From: an uncultured Clostridia bacterium | Lineage (GTDB): Bacteria; Bacillota; Clostridia; TANB77; CAG-508 | NCBI GenBank assembly: GCA_947623285.1 | Contig: CANQGP010000001.1 | Span: forward strand, 99,384 to 163,383 | Direction: 5' to 3' | Length of the DNA: 64,000 bases | Shown here: one piece after another, positions 52,440 to 60,578 of the stretch | Layout: every line of letters starts with the position of its first letter | Numbering within the stretch: the stretch's first letter is position 1 | Program-made: the position numbers and the translations under genes | The notes under the pieces: generated by a model | Told to the model about the DNA's origin: nothing | What the model saw: the letters and a program-made list of their open reading frames with translations, nothing else | The model's database searches: none

Positions 52440-52841
52440 TTGAGTAAACTATATGAAGCATATACACAACTGAAAAAAACAGATTCGAAAACAATATACT
52501 TATTTAAAAGTGGCATATTTTTTATCGCATTAAACGAAGATGCCGAATTGCTCTCAAATCTGTTCGATTTAAAAATAAATAATTTAACAACAACAGTAGT
52601 AAAGGCAGGCTTTCCCTGTAACAGCTATGAAAAATATTGCAAACTTTTTAAATCTCATAACTTAACTGTTAAAATTGTTGATATGGAAAGCTTTACAAAA
52701 AGAAACTTCAAAGAATATTCACAAAGCCAGTCACTTGTTGAAATAATAGATAAACTTAATAAAGTAGACCCTAACAATTTGTCAATTACAGAAGCTTACA
52801 AATTTATTGAAGATTTAAAAGAAAAGGTAATAAAAATATGA
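52440..52841 (+). CDS. MutS-domain-I-like DGR accessory protein (MSL type), copy 1
   Basis: 133 aa. IYLFKSGIFFIALNEDAELL...KAGFP aligns to the MutS mismatch-binding domain (LLFYRMGDFYELFYDDA...MAGIP). TTG start 8 nt after GGAGG. The stop overlaps the RT start (ATGA). Confidence 0.6.
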   Translation: MSKLYEAYTQLKKTDSKTIYLFKSGIFFIALNEDAELLSNLFDLKINNLTTTVVKAGFPCNSYEKYCKLFKSHNLTVKIVDMESFTKRNFKEYSQSQSLVEIIDKLNKVDPNNLSITEAYKFIEDLKEKVIKI

Positions 52842-53818
52842 AAAGAAAAGGAAATTTATACCCAGAAATATGCAAATTCGAAAACATATTAGCAGCATAT
52901 AACGAGGTATGTAGAAACACCAGGAACAAAAGAAGAGTAGAAAATTTAAAAGAATATAAATCCGTATATATTTCCAGAGTATATGACACATTAATAAATA
53001 AAAAATACAAGGTAGGCTCTTATAATAAATTCATAATATATGAACCTAAAAAAAGATTGATAGTTAGTCAAAACTCACATGATAAAATAATAAACCACCT
53101 AGTAGCAAGATTCATTTTATATCCGGCGATATTACCATGTCTGCTTGACGTTAATGTAGCAAGTAGAAAAGATATGGGAACCAAAAGAGGTATAGAACTA
53201 GCAAAGGAATTTCATAGAAAATGCAAAGTAAAATATGGAACTTATTACATTTTAAAAGCAGATATAAGCAAATTCTTTGCAAGCATAGACCATGAAAGAT
53301 TAAAAGCAAAATTGGAAAGAAGAATAAAAGATAAAGATGCCTTAAAAATAACTTTTGACATAATAGATAGCAACTCACCTGGGTTATTTATAGGCTCAAT
53401 GACAAACCAAGTATTAGCAATATTTTACCTAAATGATATGGATCACTTTATAAAAGAAAAACTAAAAATAAAATATTACGTTAGATATCAAGATGACTTT
53501 TTATTATTCCACCCTGACAAACAATATTTAAAATACTGCTTAAAAGAAATAGAAAAATTTGTAGAAATGGAAAAATTAAAATTAAATGCTAAAACCAGAA
53601 TTTACAAAAACACAAACAACTTTCTATTCCTTGGTAGAAACCCTAAAGGCAAATACTGCAGATATAGAAATGTAAAAAGAAAACTTAAAGCACGAGCACA
53701 TTTATATGAAGCTGGCCAATTGACATTGGACAGCCTTGCCTCAAGTATTATTTGCTACAAGGGATTATGTGCTCAAAACAAAAACTCTATTGATAAGCTT
53801 TTTAAGAATAGAATTTAA
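52838..53818 (+). CDS. DGR-type reverse transcriptase
   Basis: 326 aa with RT motifs including FIGSMTNQVLAIFYLN (DGR-typical xGxxxSQ-like motif 4) and YVRYQDDFLLF (YxDD). No maturase or endonuclease domains. Confidence 0.85.
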   Translation: MKRKGNLYPEICKFENILAAYNEVCRNTRNKRRVENLKEYKSVYISRVYDTLINKKYKVGSYNKFIIYEPKKRLIVSQNSHDKIINHLVARFILYPAILPCLLDVNVASRKDMGTKRGIELAKEFHRKCKVKYGTYYILKADISKFFASIDHERLKAKLERRIKDKDALKITFDIIDSNSPGLFIGSMTNQVLAIFYLNDMDHFIKEKLKIKYYVRYQDDFLLFHPDKQYLKYCLKEIEKFVEMEKLKLNAKTRIYKNTNNFLFLGRNPKGKYCRYRNVKRKLKARAHLYEAGQLTLDSLASSIICYKGLCAQNKNSIDKLFKNRI

Positions 53819-53829
53819 TTTAGAATGCA

Positions 53830-53872
53830 AGCAACTCAATTGCGACAACATTGTTGTCACAATTGAGTTGCT
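53830..53872. other. Long near-perfect inverted repeat (~21-bp arms) between the RT gene and the Rpn gene fragment
   Basis: AGCAACTCAATTGCGACAACA pairs with TTGTTGTCACAATTGAGTTGCT, with one mismatch (a G-U pair on the minus-strand RNA). No T-run on either side. Confidence 0.6.
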
Positions 53873-53876
53873 CTCA

Positions 53877-54173
53877 TTAGCTAACTTTTTTTGTTATCTC
53901 TTTTTCTGATAATCCTGTAATATCTGCTATTTCTTCAATTGTCATCCCTCTATCAAGCATCTTCTTGGCAATTTCCATTTTACCCTCTATTCTGCCTTTT
54001 TTCTCGCCTTTCTTTTCTCCTTTTAAGTAAGCTCCTCTTTTATTCATCATTTCATCAAATCTAGCTTTTTCTTTTAACCATAACATTCTCTTAGCTTGTT
54101 CATTTGCTACTGCTTCTTCACGTAACTTTTCTGCTCTTGCTATTTTTTCATTTTCTTTTACAGCCATTTCCAA
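53877..54173 (-). pseudogene. 3' fragment of an Rpn/YhgA-like gene
   Basis: The 98-aa ORF is almost identical to the C-terminus of ORF 57120..57950 (MAVKENEKIARAEKLREEAVANEQ...), with an 8-aa EKKGRIEG insertion. The N-terminal nuclease domain is absent. Confidence 0.7.
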
Positions 54174-54430
54174 TTCCCCCTTATCTCTTTGGCTTATAAA
54201 ACTTCTTTATCTTTCTTATCAATTTTATTGCTGATTTGTTTCAGAGCCTTCAAATATTCTTTTTCCACGGGACTTATAGTCTTAACTTGATATTTCTTAT
54301 ATTCTGCCTTTGCTTTTTCTATTTCCTTCTTTTTGAACCTGTCGAAAATTCTGACAAGTTGATTTTTTATCAAGTTCCTCTTCTAAATAAAAAAATGTCA
54401 GATTTTACGGAGAATATAGGAAAATATTGA

Positions 54431-55288
54431 TTACAATTTTTCTATTTCCTCTTTTGTTAGTTCTGTTAACTCTTCAATTTCCTTAACAGACATACCTTTT
54501 GCTTTCATTTTTTTTGCTATTTGCTTTTGTTTGTTTTTTTCACCTTCAGCACGTCCTTCTTCAGTTGCTATTTCTAAATCCATCTCTCGGTCAAATCTTA
54601 TTCTATCTTTTATTCGCAAAATTTCTCTTGTTTCTGGGTCTGCTAATGCTTCTTTCAATAATTTTTCTGCTTTTGCTACTTTATCATTTTCTTCAATCGC
54701 CATTTCAAGTTCCTCCTTATTTTCTTGGCTTATGAAATATAACCATTGAGATAGTTTTTTCTTGTCTTTTTTATTTTGTTTTAAAAATTTTGGTAGTTGT
54801 ATAAAATACATTTGTATTTTATCTGACATTACTGTTTTATCACTGTCCCATCTAAATCTTGCACTATCTATGTAATTATTTCTTCCAGCTATATTGTATG
54901 ATAATATACTAACTATTATTACTTCTTTGTTGTTTTTATACCCCTCGCCTTCTTTCATTTCTTCTGTATATAAATTCGAAGCATAATATATATCTCTATC
55001 CTCCATGTCTTTTTTGTCTACTATTTGCATTTCAACATCTACTATTTTGTGTTCATCTATTGTTACTTTTAAGTCTATTCTTCCACCTTTTGTATCATTA
55101 TACATTTTTTCTAATGTATACTCATTTGTAATATTTATATTATTAATTTTTATATTTAATATTTCTTCTAGCATTTCTTGTAGCATATCTTCATTTCCCT
55201 TAGATGCAAAGATTTTTTGAAATAAAAAATCATTTTGTGGGGTCATTGATTTATCTACCTTATTTTTTTCTAATTGGTTATTGTTCAT
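54431..55288 (-). CDS. Rpn/YhgA-like PD-(D/E)XK recombination-promoting nuclease (putative transposase family), copy 1
   Basis: PQNDFLFQKIFASKGNEDMLQEMLEEIL... plus a C-terminal helical HTH-like tail. The ATG at 55288 lies 7 nt after AGGAGG. Confidence 0.7.
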   Translation of the reverse strand: MNNNQLEKNKVDKSMTPQNDFLFQKIFASKGNEDMLQEMLEEILNIKINNINITNEYTLEKMYNDTKGGRIDLKVTIDEHKIVDVEMQIVDKKDMEDRDIYYASNLYTEEMKEGEGYKNNKEVIIVSILSYNIAGRNNYIDSARFRWDSDKTVMSDKIQMYFIQLPKFLKQNKKDKKKLSQWLYFISQENKEELEMAIEENDKVAKAEKLLKEALADPETREILRIKDRIRFDREMDLEIATEEGRAEGEKNKQKQIAKKMKAKGMSVKEIEELTELTKEEIEKL

Positions 55289-55488
55289 TAAATTCCTCCT
55301 TATTTTAACACTTTTCGTTTTTTTACGCAAGTGTTTAATTTTACTTTGTATGTTTATTAGCACAATTTTCTTACAATTAAATTTTAAAATTTTCTTTGGA
55401 TTTTGTTTCTGAAACGAAACTAATAGATTTTGAATTTTGAAAAAAATAAATCATTTATAATTTTGTCCATTACTTTAAAAGCATTTCC

Positions 55489-55516
55489 ATTATATAACTT
55501 TTTAAATTAATGTCAA
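55489..55516 (-). promoter_or_regulatory. Promoter of Rpn copy 1
   Basis: The minus strand reads TTGACA (55511-55516), a 16-nt spacer, then TATAAT (55489-55494). This is a mirror image of 56920..56947. Confidence 0.55.
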
Positions 55517-55898
55517 TACTTACAATGCAAGAATTCATCGCAAATATTGACATTTTTCGACAAATAAAAAATAGCACTAATTTGTGCTATAAAAACAGTT
55601 ATAAATTAAATTAAGAATAAAATTTAGTTTTGAACCGTCAAGAAATCCTTGACAGTTGAAATTTCTTCTAATTCTTCCTCGTCAAAAATATTTTTTATAT
55701 GTAAGCTAATATTTTGCTTTGTTGTATTAAATAATTCAATCTTTTTTTGAAAAGTGCTAAATAAATATACTCCTGATTAGTAGGAATTATTTTACTAATA
55801 TTGCCTAAAATGTTATAAGCAGAATCTTCTAGGCTCATAGTTGTTACATTTTTATAAGTAATAAAAAATGAATATTATTAATAAGAGAAATAAAATGT

Positions 55899-56310
55899 TT
55901 GCAAAAATTGGTAAAAAATGGTATAAATATTGTGGGTATGATTGACACTGTTTGCAATGGCTTCTGGTTAGCTTCTCCTTCAGCCAACAACACTAACAAT
56001 GTTATGCTTGTGAACTATAACGGCAATGTCAGCAATAACAACTATAACAATAACAATTATAGCTTGCGCCCCGTAGCTTCCAAAAAACTGTGGTTGCATT
56101 GAACTAAGGTAATGCAAGAGAAGTTTTGGAGGAAACAAATCATATCCATTAATGGATTTATAAGATAAAAATACAAAAAATTATTGACAATTTTTATAAG
56201 TCTAATTATAAAATAAAAATAGATAATCAAGCTTGTTAGTAAAATTAATATTTGAAAGGAAGTTTAATTTAGGACTGTTTTTAATAGTACTTGGGATAGT
56301 GCTATTTTTT
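55899..56310 (+). repeat. DGR TR-like cassette A1 (promoter, 124-nt TR at 55953..56076, conserved spacer, terminator)
   Basis: TTGCAA-17-TATAAA promoter (55899-55927). The 124-nt segment is colinear with the VR and rich in AAC/AAT codons. Hairpin TTGCATT/AATGCAA at 56094-56117. Terminal hairpin plus T-run at ~56284-56310. Confidence 0.75.
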
Positions 56311-56460
56311 ATTGTATGGAAGAAAAATAGCTAGATTTTTAAATATACAACAATGTTATTTTTTCTATATTTATGCGATTATAAAGCAACTTATACATGT
56401 ATCCAAGTAAATTTTATAAATAATAAAAAATGAATGTTATTAATAAGTGGAATAAATTGT

Positions 56461-56872
56461 TTGCAAATATTGGTAAAAAATGGTATAAATATTGTGGGTA
56501 TGATTGACACTGTTTGCAATGGCTTCTGGTTAGCTTCTCCTTCTGCCAACAACACCGACAATGTTATGCGTGTGAACTATAACGGCAATGTCAACAATAA
56601 CAACTATAACAATACCAACTATAGCTTGCGCCCCGTAGCTTCCAAAAAACTGTGGTTGCATTGAACCAAGGTAATGCAAGAGAAGTTTTGGAGGAAACAA
56701 ATCATATCCGTTAATGGATTTGTAAGATAAAAATACAAAGAATTTTATTGATGATTCTTACAAGTCTAATTATAAAATAAAAATAGATAATCAAGCTTGT
56801 TAGTAAAATTAATATTTGAAAGGAAGTTTGATTTACAACTGTTTTTATAGCACAAATTAGTGCTATTTTTAT
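56461..56872 (+). repeat. DGR TR-like cassette A2 (TR at 56515..56638), best match to the VR
   Basis: Same architecture as A1. By-eye alignment to the VR gives 16 differences, 13 of them at TR adenines. Terminator ATAGCAC..GTGCTAT-T5 at ~56847-56870. Confidence 0.75.
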
Positions 56873-56919
56873 TTGTCAAAAAATGTCAATATTTGCGATG
56901 AATTATTGCATTGTAAGTA

Positions 56920-56947
56920 TTGACATTAATTTAAAAAGTTATATAAT
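56920..56947 (+). promoter_or_regulatory. Promoter of Rpn copy 2
   Basis: TTGACA, a 16-nt spacer, then TATAAT, followed by a ~165-nt leader. Confidence 0.55.
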
Positions 56948-57119
56948 GGAATTGCTTTTAGAGTTAATAGACAAAATTAAAATGATTTATTTTTTTCAAA
57001 ATTCAAAAGTTCCGAATCAGGAACGAATATCCAAAAAAATTAATAATTTTACGAAAGTTTTTATTTATTTAGCACTTGAAAGATAAGCTAAAAATATGTT
57101 AAAATAAAGGAGATATATA

Positions 57120-57950
57120 TTGGAAAAATATAACATACATGAGACACCACAAGATGATTATCTATTTCAAAGAATATTTGCATCAAAGGGAAATGAAGAT
57201 ATGCTAGCGGAAATATTAGAAGATTTGCTAGACATAAAAATAAATAATATAGAAATAAAAAATGAATTTACACTAGAAAAAATTTATCAAGAAGAAAAAA
57301 GTTCAAGAATAGATATAAAAGTGGTGGCAGATAATAGAATAATAGATATAGAAATGCAGATAAAGAATGAATATAATATGAAGGATAGGAGCTTATATTA
57401 TGGAGCTGCATTATATCATGAAGCATTAGAAGAAGGAATAGATTATAAAGATAGCAAAGAGGTTATAGTAATAAGTATATTATCATTTAACTTATTTAAA
57501 AATGGAAACTACCTGGTTAGAGGGAGAATAATGCGAGATGATATAAAAGATGAAGTAATAACAGATAAACTAAGTTTTTATTACATACAATTACCAAAAT
57601 TTCTAAAACAAAAAGATAAAAAAAGAAAGAAATTGGCTCAATGGTTATATTTTATAAGCCAAAGAGATAAGGGGGAATTGGAAATGGCTGTAAAAGAAAA
57701 TGAAAAGATAGCAAGGGCAGAAAAATTACGTGAAGAAGCAGTAGCAAATGAACAAGCTAAGAGAATGTTATGGTTAAAAGAAAAGGCTAGATTTGATGAA
57801 ATGATGAATAAAAGAGGAGCTTACTTAAAAGGAGAAAAGAAAGGTAAAATGGAAATTGCCAAGAAGATGCTTGATAGAGGGATGACAATTGAAGAAATAG
57901 CAGATATTACAGGATTATCAAAAAAAGAGATAACAAAAAAAGTCAGCTAA
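57120..57950 (+). CDS. Rpn/YhgA-like PD-(D/E)XK recombination-promoting nuclease, copy 2
   Basis: 276 aa with PQDDYLFQRIFASKGNEDMLAEILEDLL.... TTG start 6 nt after AAGGAG. Paralogue of 54431..55288. Confidence 0.7.
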   Translation: MEKYNIHETPQDDYLFQRIFASKGNEDMLAEILEDLLDIKINNIEIKNEFTLEKIYQEEKSSRIDIKVVADNRIIDIEMQIKNEYNMKDRSLYYGAALYHEALEEGIDYKDSKEVIVISILSFNLFKNGNYLVRGRIMRDDIKDEVITDKLSFYYIQLPKFLKQKDKKRKKLAQWLYFISQRDKGELEMAVKENEKIARAEKLREEAVANEQAKRMLWLKEKARFDEMMNKRGAYLKGEKKGKMEIAKKMLDRGMTIEEIADITGLSKKEITKKVS

Positions 57951-57982
57951 GATAAGTTTAATTTAAAACTGAATAGTGTAAA

Positions 57983-58030
57983 ATAAAGTGTGTAAGTTAT
58001 CAGTAACAAAACTTATGCACTTTATTTATA
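57983..58030 (+). terminator. Terminator after Rpn copy 2
   Basis: 16-bp stem ATAAAGTGTGTAAGTT / AACTTATGCACTTTAT (two G-U pairs), followed by a T-rich tail. Confidence 0.5.
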
Positions 58031-58096
58031 CTACTAACTTAATAAAAAAGTGAGTAACTTTACACAAACTTTCCGATATTTTCACATTTTCTATAC

Positions 58097-58505
58097 AATA
58101 AAAAATAGTACTCATTTCAAGTACTATTAAAAACAGTTGTAAATCAAACTTCCCTTCAAATATTAATTTTACTAACAAGCTTGATTATCTATTTTCATTT
58201 TATAATTAGACTTATAATAACTATCAGTAAAAATATTTGTATTTTATCTTAAATAATTTTTTATAAATCCAATTAAAGGACATAATTTGTTTCCTCCAAA
58301 ACTTCTCTTGCATTACCTTAGTTCAATGCAACCACAGTTTTTTGGAAGCTACGGGGCGCAAGCTAAGGTTGTTATTGTTATAGTTGTTACGGTTGATATT
58401 GCCGTTATAGTTCACATTCATAACCCAGTCAGTGTTATCAGCGGAAGGAGAAGCTAACCAGAAGCCAACGCAAACAGTGTCAATTATGCCCTTATTATTT
58501 TTATA
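58097..58505 (-). repeat. DGR TR-like cassette B1 (TR at 58349..58472)
   Basis: Reverse complement of the A-type unit: TR, conserved spacer, and a terminal hairpin at 58104-58128. It keeps the TATAAA -10 (58500-58505) but has no clear -35. Confidence 0.7.
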
Positions 58506-58511
58506 TTAAAA

Positions 58512-58910
58512 TTTTAAAAATAGCACTGATTAGTGCTATTAAAAACAGTCATAAACCAAACTTCCCTTCAAATATTAATTTTACTAACAAACTTGATTAT
58601 CTATTTTTATTTTATAATTAGACTTATAATAACTATCAGTAAAAATCTTTGCATTTTATTTTTATAAATCGAATTAAAGGACATAATTTGTTTCCATCCA
58701 AAACTTCTCTTACATTACCTTAGTTCAATGCAACCACAGTTTTTTGGAAGCTACGGGGCGCAAGCTAATGTTGTTATTGTTATAGTTGTTGTTGCCGACA
58801 TAGCCGTTATAGTTCACATTCATAACATTGTTAGTGCCGTTAGCGGAAGGAGAAGCTAACCAGAAGCCCCAGCAAACAGTTTCAATTATACCCATTTTTT
58901 ATATTATTTT
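58512..58910 (-). repeat. DGR TR-like cassette B2 (TR at 58751..58874)
   Basis: Same unit. The terminator hairpin at 58520-58539 abuts cassette B1. Confidence 0.7.
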
Positions 58911-59004
58911 TCTTTTGTATTCAAAACTAATTAAGTACACTTTATAATATCTATCTCAAATTTTTTTAGTTATTTTGTGAATATAATCTTGTGGTTAATT
59001 TTTA

Positions 59005-59345
59005 TAAATAAAAATAGCACTAGTTTTCGTGCTATAAAAACATTTATAAATCAAATTTCCTTTCAAATATTAATTTTACTAACAAATTTGACTATATGTT
59101 TTTATTTTATAAATAAATTATTTTCAAATTTATTTAAAAGACATGACTTGTTTCCATCCAAAACTTCTCTTGCATTACCTTAGTTCAATGCAACCACAGT
59201 TTTTTGGAAGCTACGGGGCACAAGCTAAGATTGTTATTGTTATAGTTCGTATTGTTGACATTGCCGTTATAGTTCACATACATAACATTGTTAGTGTTGT
59301 TAGCGGAAGGAGAAGCTAACCAGAAGCCATTGCAAGCAATTTCAG
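59005..59345 (-). repeat. DGR TR-like cassette B3 (TR at 59211..59334), in the canonical position just downstream of avd
   Basis: Same unit, but the distal spacer is more diverged. It is the only copy whose 3' GC-rich end reads GCTTGTGCCCCGTAG (T instead of C) rather than the VR sequence. Confidence 0.7.
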
Positions 59346-59474
59346 CCATGCCTTAATTATTTTATTAACAAATGAAATTTATTTGAGTTGTTATCAACCG
59401 GAAGGATTTCCGATTACTTAACATTTTCGATAGTCTCATTTAAAAATATTCCATTTAATTTAAATAATTGCCTT

Positions 59475-59894
59475 TTATCCTTCTACTGTTACTTTATATC
59501 CTGATGTTTTCTTTACCTCAGTAGCATCAAATTGTTTAGTAGATTTCCCTGCTTTTAATTTTTTCATCCAACCAGTTGTATATTTAGTTATATCATCCAA
59601 TCTTTGTGCTAATTTAAAATATTTCTTTTCCGTTATTAATTTTTTATCATAACTTAAATTCACTAAAAAATCTATAACCTTAACTTTTGCTATCATTTTT
59701 AATATTAATTTTACTTTATATTCTCTTTCTTCAGTAGCATTAGCTTCATATGAAGTCTCCAATAAATCAAATGTATTAGTCCTTATTCTATGTTTTATTT
59801 CAATATCTTTTTTAGGATAATTTTCAAGTTCTTTATCTATTACTAAAATAAAATCTCTAATAAATTGAATAACTCTAAACTTATCTTCTCTCAT
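59475..59894 (-). CDS. avd: DGR accessory variability determinant (Avd, four-helix-bundle protein)
   Basis: 139 aa, basic and all-helical (FRVIQFIRDFILVIDKELENYPKKD...KYFKLAQRLDDITKYTTGWMKKL). It lies between the target gene and the TR. Confidence 0.7.
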   Translation of the reverse strand: MREDKFRVIQFIRDFILVIDKELENYPKKDIEIKHRIRTNTFDLLETSYEANATEEREYKVKLILKMIAKVKVIDFLVNLSYDKKLITEKKYFKLAQRLDDITKYTTGWMKKLKAGKSTKQFDATEVKKTSGYKVTVEG

Positions 59895-59900
59895 TTTACT

Positions 59901-60335
59901 TTAACCTTCCTTTATGACTTTTTCAATATTTAATATTTTTTTATTAAAATCTTTTTCATACATGTTTTTCATCAAATATTCATTTATCATATCAATTTTT
60001 CTTTTGCAGTTTACATATCTCCTTGCTTTTTGGTCAAATCTTTCATATCTATTTAAATTTCTATAATTTACTTTATCTTCAACATCATAATTATTTCTTC
60101 TATCAATCGTTATATAATTTATTTTATTATCCTCCAATCGTCTCATCACTTTTGAAATAGCATTAATAGGGAATCCACATTCTACAATATTATCATCTAT
60201 GTTTTTCACTTTATAATCAAAAAAATATGATAAAATATATGCATCTTTTCCAAAAACATGATAAAACCCTCCCATTCTAAACAAACATATATCTTTTGTA
60301 TGAATTTGTTTTATGCTTTTTATCATTTCATTCAT
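59901..60335 (-). CDS. MutS-domain-I-like DGR accessory protein (MSL type), copy 2
   Basis: 144 aa. ICLFRMGGFYHVFGKDAYIL...ECGFP aligns to MutS domain I. It ends 6 nt before the avd start. Confidence 0.6.
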   Translation of the reverse strand: MNEMIKSIKQIHTKDICLFRMGGFYHVFGKDAYILSYFFDYKVKNIDDNIVECGFPINAISKVMRRLEDNKINYITIDRRNNYDVEDKVNYRNLNRYERFDQKARRYVNCKRKIDMINEYLMKNMYEKDFNKKILNIEKVIKEG

Positions 60336-60503
60336 TTCTATATCTTCCTCCTACTTTATATTGTTTTTTATTATATATCTAATTTCTACATTTTTTTATT
60401 TTTATTTACAAAAAGCTACTTTTCGTTTATGAAATTCGAAATTTTATAATTTACGCAAAAAGAATACCCACGAGCAAATGCTCAGGGGTATTCTTTTTGC
60501 TAT

Positions 60504-60541
60504 AAAAAAGCGAGTACCGGACCACCGGCCCGGTGAACTCG
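60504..60541 (-). terminator. GC-rich terminator hairpin after the DGR target gene
   Basis: The minus strand reads GCGAGTTCACCGGGCCGGTGGTCCGGTACTCGC followed by T6. It is strikingly GC-rich for this genome. Confidence 0.6.
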
Positions 60542-60578
60542 CAATATGTAAGTTTTAATTAGTATTTAAATTTAAGTT

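Noticed and set aside
52838-53818. RT as a retron or group II intron reverse transcriptase
   Set aside because: There is no msr/msd-like structure next to it and no maturase or endonuclease domain or intron RNA domains. The Avd, the TR/VR pair with an adenine-biased mismatch pattern, and the RYQDDF/IGSMTNQ motifs all fit a DGR.
54174-54430. Open frame on the minus strand (…NLIKNQLVRIFDRFKKKEIEKAKAEYKKYQVKTISPVEKEYLKALKQISNKIDKKDKEVL) without a start codon
   Set aside because: It looks like the C-terminal remnant of an unidentified gene trapped between the Rpn copies. It is too short and has no start, so it cannot be called.
55640-55860. Short minus-strand ORF MSLEDSAYNILGNISKIIPTNQEY... followed by out-of-frame continuation
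   Set aside because: It is a probable gene remnant at a rearrangement junction. No recognisable motif was found.
55899-56102. ORF-track protein of 67 aa (and its twin 56434..56664, 76 aa) with Asn-rich sequence ...FWLASPSANNTNNVM...
   Set aside because: These are the DGR template repeats read in the VR frame. They have no RBS. The frame ends in conserved non-coding spacer, and the same sequence recurs in five non-coding cassettes.
55899-59345. Regularly spaced repeats that might be taken for a CRISPR array or for IS terminal repeats
   Set aside because: The unit length is about 400 nt with no short repeat/spacer alternation, and no cas genes are present. The units carry promoter, TR and terminator rather than transposase ends.
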